From: Candidatus Puniceispirillum sp.
GTDB lineage: Bacteria > Pseudomonadota > Alphaproteobacteria > Caedimonadales > UBA1908
Length of the DNA: 64,000 nt
Reading direction: 5' to 3'
Assembly (NCBI GenBank): GCA_013822015.1
Contig: PNJU01000006.1
Location: 7,231-71,230, forward strand
Shown here in pieces: positions 10,991-21,710 of this stretch (positions within the stretch are counted from its first letter, which is position 1; the number at the start of each line of letters is the position of its first letter). The position numbers were made by a program, and so were the translations under genes. Under the pieces are notes generated by a model, which did no database searches, was not told the DNA's origin, and saw only the letters and a program-made list of their open reading frames with translations.

Positions 10991-11028
10991 GAAAAAGCCT
11001 GGATGCGCTATAAAAACGCACCCAGGCT
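10991..11028 (-). terminator. Intrinsic terminator after ppiD-like gene
   Basis: AGCCTGG-x-TGCG loop CGCA-x-CCAGGCT stem followed by TTTTTC on the minus strand. Confidence 0.75.
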
Positions 11029-11051
11029 GGGCAGGAGAGTCAGGTCTTGGC

Positions 11052-12710
11052 TTAGGAAGGGGCGCCTGTTTGGAGGGTCTTGAGCCACTTTTGGTTAATC
11101 TCCACTGGGAAGCGCTTGCGCAGAGCCATGACATAACTTGAGATAAAGTCATTTTCATAGAGCTTGTTAAAACCTGTGGTCTTTTGCGCAATATCCTCGT
11201 GGTCTGCGTTCTTGGCGTCGGGATCCGCAATGGCCTCAACGCAGCCAACTAAAATCTCCGTATCCTCAAGGCTTGAGCCAAGGGGCGCGAGAAGTGTGCC
11301 GCCCACCGGTGTTTCAAAGACCCGCGAAACGGCACTTTGGGGGAGCTTGATGAGGCTCGTAATGGCGCTTCCCGTGCGGGAGACAGACATCTTTTGGCTC
11401 TTCAGGTTCGCCTTGCGTAGGGAGGACATGAAGGAAGACACGCTTTGTGATTCGTTTGCAATTTTGCGCGCCACATCAACGGCTGCCTCTTTCTTTTTAA
11501 AGGAAAGCCACAGGGTCTTTGCACGCTGGGCAGAGACCTCATTCCAGGCACGAAAATGTGCGTCTTGGACCTTGTCCACGTGCACGATGAAGGAAACCTG
11601 TTCAGGCCCTTCCACAACGGATCCAGCCATTTGGGCCTCCAGGGCAAAAGCCTCACGCACAAAAGCCTGGGTTAAGGGCGCTTGATCCACTTTTCCATTG
11701 GCCGCGTCCGTAAAGGGATCCTGCAAACCAGTGGCGTCCATGCGGGTGAAGGTGCGTAGGGGCAACTTAAACTTCTCGGCCACTTCCTTCATGGTCATGC
11801 CGGAGCTTGCTGCGTCCTCAACCTTTGGCGCCAGCTCGTAAAGCACCTCCAAGGCCTTTTGACGTCGGACTTCTTTGGCCAGATCGGCTTGCACCTGGGC
11901 AAAGCTCTTGCCTTCAAAGGTTGCGGCGCGCTCATCATAAACGCGCTTGACCTCGTCTGGTGTGACCGTCACATCTACGGTCTCGGGGTCAAGAACAATG
12001 ACGGAGAAATCGCGGTATTCTGGCGCCTTTAGCTCATTCTTATGGGCCACAAACATGGCCTTGATGTCTGCTTCAGAAGGTTCGCCCTTAACAGGCACAT
12101 CCGCGCTCTTGATAACGCTGTACACAAGCTGGCGCGTTTGACCCTGCCAACGGTAAAGGGTGACCGTTGTGAGGGACGGCAGGCGCAGGTCATCAAACAG
12201 CGTCTCCATGAAGTTGGCGCGCAAAAGTTCCTTACGGGTTTCCTCCACGAAAGAGGCCTCATTAAAGCCAAGGCGGTCAATAAGGAGTTCAAAGCGCTTT
12301 TTATCAAAGGCGCCACTTTCATTGAGGAAAATCGGGTTTTTCTTGATGCTTTCGCGTACACTGGCGTCGGTCAGTGTCAGCCCCAAACGCTTGGCCTCTT
12401 GTTCAAGGAGCGCGTCATCGATGAGGGAGCGCAAGATATCCTGGAAAAGACCCGCCTTCATGGCCTCGTCTTCGGTGATGCGCTGGCCTGTGGTGAGGGC
12501 AATTTGGCGCAGCTTTCGGTCAACGGCCACACGCAACTGCGTCGCAGAGATACGGGACGAGCCCACCTTGGCCACCATTTGTGCGTGCCCACCACCCATA
12601 TTGTGCATCCAGTCGCCTCCACCCCAAAGGATGGCAAAGGTGACGGCGATGGCGCCTAGGAAGCCTCGGAACCACCACGTGGACGAGTATGCACGAATTT
12701 TCTCAATCAT
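11052..12710 (-). CDS. ppiD: PpiD/SurA-type membrane-anchored periplasmic chaperone
   Basis: MIEKIR N-terminus plus one TM, SurA-N-like helical domain, PEYRDFS motif, degenerate parvulin region. Confidence 0.8.
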   Translation of the reverse strand: MIEKIRAYSSTWWFRGFLGAIAVTFAILWGGGDWMHNMGGGHAQMVAKVGSSRISATQLRVAVDRKLRQIALTTGQRITEDEAMKAGLFQDILRSLIDDALLEQEAKRLGLTLTDASVRESIKKNPIFLNESGAFDKKRFELLIDRLGFNEASFVEETRKELLRANFMETLFDDLRLPSLTTVTLYRWQGQTRQLVYSVIKSADVPVKGEPSEADIKAMFVAHKNELKAPEYRDFSVIVLDPETVDVTVTPDEVKRVYDERAATFEGKSFAQVQADLAKEVRRQKALEVLYELAPKVEDAASSGMTMKEVAEKFKLPLRTFTRMDATGLQDPFTDAANGKVDQAPLTQAFVREAFALEAQMAGSVVEGPEQVSFIVHVDKVQDAHFRAWNEVSAQRAKTLWLSFKKKEAAVDVARKIANESQSVSSFMSSLRKANLKSQKMSVSRTGSAITSLIKLPQSAVSRVFETPVGGTLLAPLGSSLEDTEILVGCVEAIADPDAKNADHEDIAQKTTGFNKLYENDFISSYVMALRKRFPVEINQKWLKTLQTGAPS

Positions 12711-12744
12711 TTAAAAAATCCTGGTTAAAAAACTCTCCAGGATT
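12711..12744 (-). terminator. Hairpin plus T-run between F-box gene A and ppiD
   Basis: AATCCTGG-N12-CCAGGATT followed by TTTT on the minus strand, ending just before the ppiD ATG. Confidence 0.6.
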
Positions 12745-12834
12745 CTAGCCGTTGAGGCGCCTGGGAGCAATATGTTTGTGGGCTGAAGCGCTGGCGCTCT
12801 TACTGTTGCTTGGATGAGCGTTTGTGCGGTGCGA

Positions 12835-14202
12835 TCAAGTCATCCTCTGGAGTCGCATATTCGCCAATCTGACATAAATCTGGATGAGCTCATCCTCGGG
12901 CACGCCTGTGTCGAGCAAAAAATTCTTTCCAAGGGCCTTTAGCTGCACCAAGGGCGTCAGATCAAAGGTTTTCAAGCTTACGCATTTCATCAGGAAACCA
13001 TGATAAATGCTCTCAACTTTAGAAAGACCGCGCCCGTCAAAATGTGAGAGTCTTTCGTCTCGCATAAGAAAACCGCCGCCAACATGGATAAGGCTGGCAA
13101 ACCCCCGCGTGTCAAAGTTTGGAAGGCTTGGGCAGCACATAAGGAAGGCAGATTCTACCTGTGTCACCTGAGCGAAACCGCGCACATCGCACTTTGTGAG
13201 GGCCTTGCTGCCAAAAAGGAAATTAATTCCAATGCTGCCAACGTTTCCAAAATGTTTTGCTTGAAGGGTCACAATCCCGTTGGCGCATGCGAGAAATCTG
13301 TTGTCGATACGGGTTGCCCAGTCATAAGGATCGGACAAAATAAGATGATGAAGGGTGTCGGGGATGTCACTCTTGGAAAGGGAGAGTACGCCGTTTTTGA
13401 TGAAAGTCTCGTCCTCAAAGCTGACCACCACACTGTGATCGTCGCGGGTCGTCAAAAGAGTCCTGAGACCAAATTCATATGTTTGTAAATCGTTCGCGCG
13501 CACAACCAAAGTATGGGGGGCGGACTTAAATACCTCAAGGTCCTCGGTCCCTTCTTGTCCTTTCAAAGCCTTGAAACGGGTGTGGTTGGCAAGAGTTTGG
13601 ACATAGGGTGTCATGGCTTGCACAGTGTTTTTGTCCATGACTTCCCGCACAAGCATGCGGGGCAAGGCGGCCATGACAAGGCCTGCTGAGCGCACGTTTT
13701 GGGGCGCATCCTCACCAAAAAGTGTGGCGTGCCAAGCGTTGAGTATATCTGGATGCGCCTCAAGGTCTGACGCCTTCAAAAGGCGCGTGCATTGGGGGTA
13801 GAGATCTGGGCTAATGAACACATTTTCGAGGGGTGCAAAGCCGCCACGCGTGATGTGGAAAGCAAGGGTCTGTGCCATATCCTCGTCAGGAATTGAAGAC
13901 GCGTGCGTTGAGGGCGTTGGGTCAAAAAGCACATTGGCGTTGCTGAATGCCACGGCGTGCTCATCATTCAAGACGTCACGCCACAGTCGACATACGCCGC
14001 GCGCAATGGCGGCTTCCTCGGCGCTCAGATAAGAGAAAATCTCCACCAGACGGTCACGGGGTATCTGGACGATGGTTGTCGTTTGAAACACGTCCACGTC
14101 CATGAGGTCGTCCGCCTCAAGCTCACTCGCCTGGATGCACGTACTTGCCAGTAATGATACACCCAAAAGCGTAGCATATTTTAAGAATTTATTTTTAAAC
14201 AT
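12835..14202 (-). CDS. Exported F-box plus BspA-like LRR protein (family 1, copy A)
   Basis: Signal peptide ...CIQA|SELE; F-box IPRDRLVEIFSYLSAEEAAIARGVCRLWRDV; C-terminal 25-aa repeats xxIxxxFLxxCxxLxxFDxxgL. Confidence 0.85.
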   Translation of the reverse strand: MFKNKFLKYATLLGVSLLASTCIQASELEADDLMDVDVFQTTTIVQIPRDRLVEIFSYLSAEEAAIARGVCRLWRDVLNDEHAVAFSNANVLFDPTPSTHASSIPDEDMAQTLAFHITRGGFAPLENVFISPDLYPQCTRLLKASDLEAHPDILNAWHATLFGEDAPQNVRSAGLVMAALPRMLVREVMDKNTVQAMTPYVQTLANHTRFKALKGQEGTEDLEVFKSAPHTLVVRANDLQTYEFGLRTLLTTRDDHSVVVSFEDETFIKNGVLSLSKSDIPDTLHHLILSDPYDWATRIDNRFLACANGIVTLQAKHFGNVGSIGINFLFGSKALTKCDVRGFAQVTQVESAFLMCCPSLPNFDTRGFASLIHVGGGFLMRDERLSHFDGRGLSKVESIYHGFLMKCVSLKTFDLTPLVQLKALGKNFLLDTGVPEDELIQIYVRLANMRLQRMT

Positions 14203-14239
14203 GATTATTCTAAGTCACATTTGTGAAGCTTTTCAAATA

Positions 14240-15661
14240 TCAATGCTTCCTGACAAGACTAACTTGCGTCCGCGGATGGCGTGAAGTTGCAGTAATGGGG
14301 ATCGTCTCCGGTTGCTCCCGCGCGAGGAATGCGTCGACCTTCGTGCGTGCTTCCTGGGTGAGTGCCGTTTGGGTCAAGAAATCCTGACCGAGCTGATTCA
14401 AGCCCATAAGGGATGTGGGATCAAAGGTTGTGAGGCTGGTACATCCGTGAAGAAAAGAGTGAAAGATGCTTTCGACATTTGTGAGGCCCCCGGGATTAAA
14501 ATCCTTAAGGCTGGTGCATTCCTTAAGAAACCCTCCACTGAGTTTCGTAAGAATTGCAAAACCCCGCGAGTCAAATTTTTCGACTTTTGGGCATTTGAAG
14601 ACAAAGCACGCCCCAATAAAGGAAACGCTTGTGAAGCCGCGCACATCACAGATTGTTAAGTTTTTACAACTTGAAAGAAAATGATACATAATGGTTTTTG
14701 TTGCTGTGAGACCTCGGGCGCTAAAGGTTTCGAGGCCTTCGTGAAGCATCAAGAAGTTGGGCTCAATGCTGGTTATCTTGTCAAACGGGTCACTCAGGAT
14801 TAGGTGCCGCAGGTTATGTGGTATATCATTCTTCGACATAGTGAGTGCGTCGTTTTTGATAAAGGTCTCGTCGTCGAAGCAAAGCACCACGTTGTGATCT
14901 TTGGGGGCATGAAGAAGACTGCTGAGGCTGTCTTTATGTGCTTGCATATCCTGGGCCCGCACAACAAGGGTGTGGGGCGCCCTATGCAGAGCGTCAAGAT
15001 CCGCTTGGGTTTCATCTCCTGTAAAGCGCAGGAAGTGGGTATTTCGGCCCATTTTTTCAACGTAGTATGTGATGGAATCGAGCGCGTCTTCGTCTATCTG
15101 GTTTTCCACCAGAATTTGAGGTAGGGCCGACATGACGAGGGGCAGCGCATGGGTGTCTTGGGAGGCCGTTTTTCCAAATAGAGCTGTGTACCAAGTAGAC
15201 ACTGTGCTTAGGTTTTCCTTAAGGTCTGACGCCTTCAAGAGGCGCATGCCTTGGGGGTAGAGGTTTGGGTTGATGAAAATAGTCTCGAGGGGCGCAAACC
15301 CCTTATCCAGCAGACGGTGTGCAAGGCACTTTGCAACGAGGTCATCGGGGATCAGGTGAGCCTTATGCGTGAAGGTGGACCCAAAAAGAGCGGCCGCGAC
15401 CGCATGCATATGGCCGTGCTCGGCGGCTAAAATATCATGCCAGGCTTTGCATACCTGGTCTGCAATGAGCCTTTCCTGGGGCGTCAGATAGGAGAAAATA
15501 TAGGCCATACGGTCACGGGGAAGATGGGCGATGGTTGTCGTTTGCGTCACGTCCACGTCCATGGGGTCATAATCCTCAAGCTCGCTCGCATGGATACACA
15601 TACTTGCCAGTAAAGAAACGCCTATCATGGCTGCAGATTTTAAAAATACCGTCTTAAACAT
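14240..15661 (-). CDS. Exported F-box plus BspA-like LRR protein (family 1, copy B)
   Basis: Colinear tandem paralog of 12835-14202; ...CIHA|SELE; F-box LPRDRMAYIFSYLTPQERLIADQVCKAWHDI. Confidence 0.85.
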   Translation of the reverse strand: MFKTVFLKSAAMIGVSLLASMCIHASELEDYDPMDVDVTQTTTIAHLPRDRMAYIFSYLTPQERLIADQVCKAWHDILAAEHGHMHAVAAALFGSTFTHKAHLIPDDLVAKCLAHRLLDKGFAPLETIFINPNLYPQGMRLLKASDLKENLSTVSTWYTALFGKTASQDTHALPLVMSALPQILVENQIDEDALDSITYYVEKMGRNTHFLRFTGDETQADLDALHRAPHTLVVRAQDMQAHKDSLSSLLHAPKDHNVVLCFDDETFIKNDALTMSKNDIPHNLRHLILSDPFDKITSIEPNFLMLHEGLETFSARGLTATKTIMYHFLSSCKNLTICDVRGFTSVSFIGACFVFKCPKVEKFDSRGFAILTKLSGGFLKECTSLKDFNPGGLTNVESIFHSFLHGCTSLTTFDPTSLMGLNQLGQDFLTQTALTQEARTKVDAFLAREQPETIPITATSRHPRTQVSLVRKH

Positions 15662-15859
15662 GATTCACAAAAAACAACTCCATGATTCTTAGGTAGAGAG
15701 TCTGTCAAAATAGTCAAGGAAAAAGATAAAAATTGCATTTTTGAATGTAAACAAACAATTTTTGATCACCTTTGTCGCGTGGTATAGCATTTTCTTGCTT
15801 TTGGCCATGGGGATGTGAGAGGGTAGGGCGATTTGAAACCAAAACGCGAGTGACCATCA

Positions 15860-17104
15860 ATGGCTGCGTCAAATTCGTCAAAGTCTTCGTCCTTGGCTTG
15901 GACTTTGTGGGCTATTGCCGCCCTTTTCTACGCCTTCCAATATATTTTACGTGTGTGCCCCAGCGTCATGAAGGAAGACATGATGGTGAAGTTTCTCACC
16001 GACGCTTCAGGCTTTGGCACGTTTTCGGGTATCTATTATATGGGGTACGCGGCGGCGCACTTGCCCATTGGGGTGCTCCTTGATCGCTTTGGTCCCAAAT
16101 GGGTGATGGCGTCTTGCGTGATGGTGAGCGTTTTGGGCGTGTTGCCTCTGGTCCTGTCAACTTCGTGGGAGCTCGCCATCCTTGGGCGGTTCTTGGTGGG
16201 GGCGGGGTCAAGCGGGGCCATCTTGGGTGTGTTTAAAATCGTGCGCCTTTACTTTCCCGACGCGCAGTTCTCCCGGGTGCTTGGCTTGTCCGTGACCATG
16301 GGGCTTGCCGGCGCCCTCTATGGCAGCTATCCCGTGGGGCGTTTGTCGGCAAACTTTGGCTGGGAAAATGTGCTTCTGGGACTTTTTGTGGGCGGCGCCC
16401 TTTTGGCCCTTATTATGGCCCTTGTGACGCCGCGCGCGCCAAAGGAGACCCTGGAGGAAAAGGGCACGCTGCTGCGCGATCTGCGCCTTGTGTTTACCAA
16501 CAAGTTCGTTCTCGTCACGGCTCTGGCGGCCGCGCTCATGGTGGGGCCTCTCGAAGGCTTTGCAGACGTGTGGGCGAACTCCTATCTTGTGAACGTTTAT
16601 GGATATACGGCCGAGGCGGCCTCGTTCCTCCCATCCCTCATCTTTATTGGCATGGGTGTGGGTTCGCCGGTCCTGGGGTATCTGGCCCAAAGGTGGCACG
16701 CGTACTATGGGGTCACCCTTGGGTGCGCCTTAGGCATGGCGGTGCTTTTTGCGCTTCTCTTGATGGTCCAACTGCCATTTATGATCATTGCGGCGTGTTT
16801 CTTTCTCATCGGCATGATGTCCGCCTATCAGGTGCTGGCCCTTTATATGAACAGTAAGAACGTAGACGAGCGCTTGTCTGGCATTGTGACTGCCCTGACC
16901 AACATGATCATCATGTCCTTTGGATATCTTTTCCACATGGTGATTTCCAAGGTCATGGTGCACTTTTGGGACGGCCAAGCTGTCGGATGCTTGCCCGTTT
17001 ATAGTTCTGTGTCCTATATCAAGGGGCTCAGCGTCATACCCTTGACACTTATGCTGGGATTCGTGGGCTTTTGGTGGGTCAAGCGCGCAACGAAACAGGC
17101 GTGA
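15860..17104 (+). CDS. MFS transporter (12 TM), substrate unknown
   Basis: Motif A GVLLDRFGPK, GRFLVGAGSS; two 6-TM halves. Confidence 0.9.
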   Translation: MAASNSSKSSSLAWTLWAIAALFYAFQYILRVCPSVMKEDMMVKFLTDASGFGTFSGIYYMGYAAAHLPIGVLLDRFGPKWVMASCVMVSVLGVLPLVLSTSWELAILGRFLVGAGSSGAILGVFKIVRLYFPDAQFSRVLGLSVTMGLAGALYGSYPVGRLSANFGWENVLLGLFVGGALLALIMALVTPRAPKETLEEKGTLLRDLRLVFTNKFVLVTALAAALMVGPLEGFADVWANSYLVNVYGYTAEAASFLPSLIFIGMGVGSPVLGYLAQRWHAYYGVTLGCALGMAVLFALLLMVQLPFMIIAACFFLIGMMSAYQVLALYMNSKNVDERLSGIVTALTNMIIMSFGYLFHMVISKVMVHFWDGQAVGCLPVYSSVSYIKGLSVIPLTLMLGFVGFWWVKRATKQA

Positions 17105-17112
17105 GGCAATCC

Positions 17113-19719
17113 CTACGCCGCTTCCTTTGACGCCTTAAGCACGTCTTTGAGGGCGTAAAGGGCCTCAAGGGCCTGGCGCGGCGTCATGTCCTCCAGATCA
17201 AGCTCCCGGATGCGCGCCTCAACGGCACTGGGCTTTGGTGCAGGCGCGGCCTTTGGTGCGGGAGGCGCTGGTGCGAACAGACTTTGTTGGCGCGGCGCCT
17301 CTTGGTGCGCCTTTGCCTGCCCTTCAAGGGAGGCAAGAAGCTCCTCTGCGCGTGCGCGTACACTTTCCGGAATGCCCGCCAAGCGCGCCACATGGATGCC
17401 GTAGGACCGCGCGGCGATGCCCTTGATCACCTCATGCAAAAAGACAATGTCGTCCTCCCACTCCCGCACGGCCACCGTGTGGCACACAAGGTGAGACAGG
17501 GTTTCCTCAAGCTTTGTCAGCTCATGGTAGTGGGTTGCAAAAAGGGTGCGGCACTGGACGTGGGTGTGGAGATGCTCCAGGGTTGCCCACGCCAGGGACA
17601 AACCGTCATAGGTGGAGGTGCCACGCCCCACTTCATCCAAAATCACGAAGGACTTGTCTGTGGCCTGATTGAGGATGGCGGCTGTTTCCACCATCTCCAC
17701 CATAAAGGTGGACCGTCCCTGGGCAAGGTTATCGGAAGCGCCCACCCTGGAGAAAAGTGCGTCCACAAGGCCGATGTGGGCTTTTGCGGCCGGCACGTAG
17801 GAGCCCATTTGCGCGAGAAGCACAATGAGGGCGTTCTGGCGCAAGAAGGTGCTTTTACCCGCCATGTTGGGGCCCGTGATGAGCCACACAAAGGCGCTGG
17901 GATCAAGGGTACATCCATTGGGCGTAAAGGAGGCGCCGCCTTCTTGTGACAGCATTTTTTCCACAACCACGTGGCGCCCGCCCTCAATAACAAGGGTGCG
18001 CGAATCATCCAGGTGAGGACGGGTAAAGCTGTAAACGCTGGCCAGATGGGCCATGCTTAAGGACACGTCAAGGTTGGCCAAGGCACGCGCAAGATCCGCC
18101 AAGGGCTCGCACGCTGCGCGCGCCTCGTGGAGAAGGGCGTCAAAGATGGCAAGCTCAATGTCCAGCGCTTTGCCCTCTGCCGCTAGGAGTTCCGCCTCAA
18201 GATCCGTCAATTCCTGGGTTGTAAAGCGCATGCCGCCCACCATGGTCTGGCGGTGAATGAAGCGCTCGTCCACTTTGCCCTTGTGGGTGCTGGTGATATC
18301 CACAAAATACCCAAGGACATTGTTGTGCTTAATCTTGAGGGAAGGGATGCCGAGCTCACTTTGGTAGGTGGCTTGAAGCGCGAGGACCGCCTCCTTGCCA
18401 TGGTCGCGCAGCGCCCGCAAGCGGTCAAGCTCCGCGTCGTAGCCCGCGCGCACAAAGCCTCCCTCTCGCGCCAGGTGAGGCGCCGTGTCCGAAAGGGCGC
18501 GGGCAAAGTGTTCCTTCAGGTCTGTTGCCTGGGTGAAGGTTGCGGCCGCCAGGCTTTGGGGCGCGTCTTTACGTACTTCCAAAAGCTCGGCGCATGCGCG
18601 GGCGACCTCAAGGGCCCCAACAAGGCTTAAGAGATCCCTGGGACCCGCGCGCCCTACACAAATACGCGACAGGGCGCGCTCTATGTCCGGGCAGCCCTTA
18701 AGGCGCGCGCGCAGCTCCACCCGCAAATCTGTGCTCGCAACAAAAAAGTCAACGCGGGAGAGGCGCGTTTCAAGGCGCGCGAGGTTCTTGAGGGGCGCCC
18801 CCAGGTGAAAGGCCAAAAGGCGGGATCCCGCACCTGTCACCGTATGGTCAATGGCATGGAAGAGGGACCCTTCACGCGTGCCCGACTGGGTCGTCATTAG
18901 CTCAAGGGAGTGGGTGGTGGCCGCACTCAGGCGCACATGGGCGTCATCAAAAATCTTACGGGGGCGCGCAATGCGCACGCGCGCGCCTTTTTGGGTCAGG
19001 TAGAGGTAGTCAAGGAGCGTGCCTGCCGCAGCAATTTCTTGGGTGTCAAAAGCACCAAGGCCATCCAGCGTTGTGACCCCGTAGTAATCCTGGAGGCGCT
19101 TTTGGGCATTTTGGGGGTCAAAGCGGGGGCGCGGCAGAAGGACGCATGCCTTCGCCCAAGGGGTAAGGCAGGCAAGCGCCCCGTCTGGCAGGATAATTTC
19201 GCTTGGCTCAAAGCGCGCCAGCGCACTTAAAAGGCCCGCCTCATCAAGAAGGTCGGTGAGAAAATCACCGCTCGTGATATCCACAACCGCAAGGCCAAAG
19301 CGCACAGCCTTCGGGCAGGGGACAAGGACCGCGAGAAAGTTCGCGCGACCCGCCTCCAAAAGGGCATCCTCTGTCAAGGTGCCAGGGGTCACAATGCGCA
19401 CAACGTCCCTGGCCACAACCTCTTTCGCGCCGCGCTTTTTGGCTAGCGCTGGATCTTCCATTTGCTCGCAAAGGGCCACGCGGTGGCCAGCTTTTACAAG
19501 GCGCGCCAGATACGTTTCGCAGGCATGGAAGGGCACGCCGCACATGGGGATTTCCTCCCCCTGATGCTGACCGCGTTTGGTCAGCGCAATGCCAAGGGTT
19601 TGGGCGGCCACCTTCGCGTCTTCAAAAAAGAGCTCGTAAAAATCACCCATGCGGTAAAAAAGAAGACAGTCCGGGTGCGCGTCTTTAATGCGGTGGTACT
19701 GTTGCATCATGGGTGTCAT
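17113..19719 (-). CDS. mutS: DNA mismatch repair protein MutS
   Basis: [51 protein letters not shown]. Confidence 0.99.
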   Translation of the reverse strand: MTPMMQQYHRIKDAHPDCLLFYRMGDFYELFFEDAKVAAQTLGIALTKRGQHQGEEIPMCGVPFHACETYLARLVKAGHRVALCEQMEDPALAKKRGAKEVVARDVVRIVTPGTLTEDALLEAGRANFLAVLVPCPKAVRFGLAVVDITSGDFLTDLLDEAGLLSALARFEPSEIILPDGALACLTPWAKACVLLPRPRFDPQNAQKRLQDYYGVTTLDGLGAFDTQEIAAAGTLLDYLYLTQKGARVRIARPRKIFDDAHVRLSAATTHSLELMTTQSGTREGSLFHAIDHTVTGAGSRLLAFHLGAPLKNLARLETRLSRVDFFVASTDLRVELRARLKGCPDIERALSRICVGRAGPRDLLSLVGALEVARACAELLEVRKDAPQSLAAATFTQATDLKEHFARALSDTAPHLAREGGFVRAGYDAELDRLRALRDHGKEAVLALQATYQSELGIPSLKIKHNNVLGYFVDITSTHKGKVDERFIHRQTMVGGMRFTTQELTDLEAELLAAEGKALDIELAIFDALLHEARAACEPLADLARALANLDVSLSMAHLASVYSFTRPHLDDSRTLVIEGGRHVVVEKMLSQEGGASFTPNGCTLDPSAFVWLITGPNMAGKSTFLRQNALIVLLAQMGSYVPAAKAHIGLVDALFSRVGASDNLAQGRSTFMVEMVETAAILNQATDKSFVILDEVGRGTSTYDGLSLAWATLEHLHTHVQCRTLFATHYHELTKLEETLSHLVCHTVAVREWEDDIVFLHEVIKGIAARSYGIHVARLAGIPESVRARAEELLASLEGQAKAHQEAPRQQSLFAPAPPAPKAAPAPKPSAVEARIRELDLEDMTPRQALEALYALKDVLKASKEAA

Positions 19720-19803
19720 GGTCTCATCCTTGGCAAGTCATTGGTGCCACAAAGGTAGTCAAGGCGCAGGCGTCTGGCAAGGGGTGTGACGGCGGGGTTG
19801 CGG

Positions 19804-20541
19804 TTATTTCTTTTGGTTAACCAGGGCCTTTTCGCACAGGCGTTTGTTAAACCAAATCTTTTTGGCTGTGGCGAGATAGGTCTCGCGGTCAAGGGGGGGA
19901 AGGGTGAGCTCTTCCTCACCCGCGGCACCCGATGCCATTGTTTTAGAAAGGGTGGCAAGGCACGCCTGGGGTTTGCCTTGATGGAGCTGGGTCAAAGCGA
20001 TCTCATTTCGGATCTCGTCTTCCTCAATCCAGTCTATGAAGTCACCACATCCTTCTAACAGGGGGGTGAGGATGGCCTCGGCGCCCGGGTAATCTTTGCT
20101 CTGGTAGGTATCTAAGAATTCCTTGCGACGCTTTTTGATGGAGGCCTGGGAACAGGCTTTTGGCGGGATTTGATAGGTGCCATCAAAGGTGGCGCGCGCC
20201 CCGCAAAATCCCCAACATGTGTCATTTTGACTTTTCACATCAATGCGGTGCGGGCCTGTTTGCACAAACCAGACGCGGCAGGCCTCTTTGTCGCCTTCCA
20301 GCTTTTGCGTAATACCTTCTGTGCCTTGAAGGGTGCCTGAGAGCGCGCACTGATGTCCGTTGGCGCCAACTGTCTCAATCTCAAAGGTCATTTGTTTTGA
20401 CGCGTCTGTGTTGATGCTGAGCGTGCCATGATTTCCTTGAAGGATATAATGGCCGGGGTTTGGGGTAGGCGCACTCCACACGGAGGTCAAAAAAGCGAAA
20501 AACATGATGGAATACAACAAAGAAAACGTCATAAAAAGCAT
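19804..20541 (-). CDS. Exported cysteine-rich hypothetical protein (about 245 aa)
   Basis: Start moved to ATG 20541 so that a hydrophobic signal peptide (MLFMTFSLLYSIMFFAFLTSVWSA) opens the protein; 8 Cys in the mature part; the longer track ORF overlaps divergent pstS. Confidence 0.75.
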   Translation of the reverse strand: MLFMTFSLLYSIMFFAFLTSVWSAPTPNPGHYILQGNHGTLSINTDASKQMTFEIETVGANGHQCALSGTLQGTEGITQKLEGDKEACRVWFVQTGPHRIDVKSQNDTCWGFCGARATFDGTYQIPPKACSQASIKKRRKEFLDTYQSKDYPGAEAILTPLLEGCGDFIDWIEEDEIRNEIALTQLHQGKPQACLATLSKTMASGAAGEEELTLPPLDRETYLATAKKIWFNKRLCEKALVNQKK

Positions 20542-20734
20542 CGCAGATATTTCATACACGCGCTTTAGTCTACAGATGCAGATAGAAGTGTTCAACGGGT
20601 ATGTAAGAGGGCAGGAGCATGTGTTGATGCGGTGCATCACATCTTGCGCAAAAGCTTGGGCTCCATGTGAAAGCAGTTGACAGGGGCGCCCCCCCTGATC
20701 ATATGGTCTAAACATCGATTGCTTAAAAAGGGTT

Positions 20735-21703
20735 ATGGCCATTATGGCAAGGGTTGGCCCCTTATGGGGCGCGTGTTTGGGAGTTGTTGCCATGATGCTT
20801 GCCCCAGCGGCAGTGTCAGCGCCCCTGCGCGTGGTGGGGTCATCCGCGCTTTTTCCCTTCATCGTTGCCGTTGCTGAGCGCTTTGGATACCAGTTTGACT
20901 ACGGTACACCCGTTGTGGAGTCCACCGGAACGGGAGGCGGTATCAAATACTTTTGCAGCGGAAGTGGCCTACGTTTTCCCGACATTGTCTCTGCGTCGCG
21001 TCCCATGACGACGTCTGAAAAAGCCCTATGTGCGCGCCATCACATTGAAGATATTCTGGAGATTCCTTTGGGTCTTGACGCCCTCGTCTTGGTGCGGGCC
21101 AAAGAAGGTCTCTTTTTCGATCTGACAAAAGATCAACTCCGCCAGGCCATTGAGGATAAGGCGCCCTTGCCCTTGCGGTGGCAAGAAATCAGTGCGCGCT
21201 TTCCCGATGAAGCCATTAAGATTTTTCTGCCCCCCCAAACGGCGGGAACCCGCGAGGTTTTTCACCATATCGTGTTGGGTGATGAGGGGCATGAAAGGCA
21301 AGACGGGGCCCTGCGCAGTGTGGCAGACCAGGAAAGCGTTATCGCGCGCAAACTTATGCAAACGCCCGATGCGGTGGGGGTCATCAGCTTTGCGTTTTTG
21401 TACAAAAACCAAGATACGCTGCGTCCTTTTAAGATTAACGGCGTTGAGCCGACCCTGGAGACCATCACCTCAAAGCGCTATCCCCTGGTCAGGCCTGTTT
21501 TCGTATACGTGAAAATGGACGCACTCAAAGAGCAAAAAAATGTCCAAGCTTTTGTGCGCTATATTGCGTCGGACTGTGTGGAGGTTTTGCTGACGCGCTA
21601 TGGGCTTGTAAGCCTGCCAAGGAAAGAACGTGTTCACCTGCGCGCACGTCTTGATCAGCTGATCACGGGACCCCACAAGTCCCGCGGTTTGTGTCAGGGG
21701 TAG
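20735..21703 (+). CDS. pstS: Phosphate ABC transporter substrate-binding protein
   Basis: VGSSAL, ESTGTGGG, DIVSASR, SKRYPLVRPVFVY; first gene of pst operon. Confidence 0.92.
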   Translation: MAIMARVGPLWGACLGVVAMMLAPAAVSAPLRVVGSSALFPFIVAVAERFGYQFDYGTPVVESTGTGGGIKYFCSGSGLRFPDIVSASRPMTTSEKALCARHHIEDILEIPLGLDALVLVRAKEGLFFDLTKDQLRQAIEDKAPLPLRWQEISARFPDEAIKIFLPPQTAGTREVFHHIVLGDEGHERQDGALRSVADQESVIARKLMQTPDAVGVISFAFLYKNQDTLRPFKINGVEPTLETITSKRYPLVRPVFVYVKMDALKEQKNVQAFVRYIASDCVEVLLTRYGLVSLPRKERVHLRARLDQLITGPHKSRGLCQG

Positions 21704-21710
21704 AAGGACC

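Noticed and set aside
20560-20735. Pho box upstream of pstS
   Set aside because: No CTGTCAT-type direct repeats at 11-bp spacing found by eye; phoB/phoR not in window.
20542-20862. 107-aa N-terminal extension of the Cys-rich ORF
   Set aside because: Overlaps divergent pstS and its upstream region; signal peptide begins at 20541.
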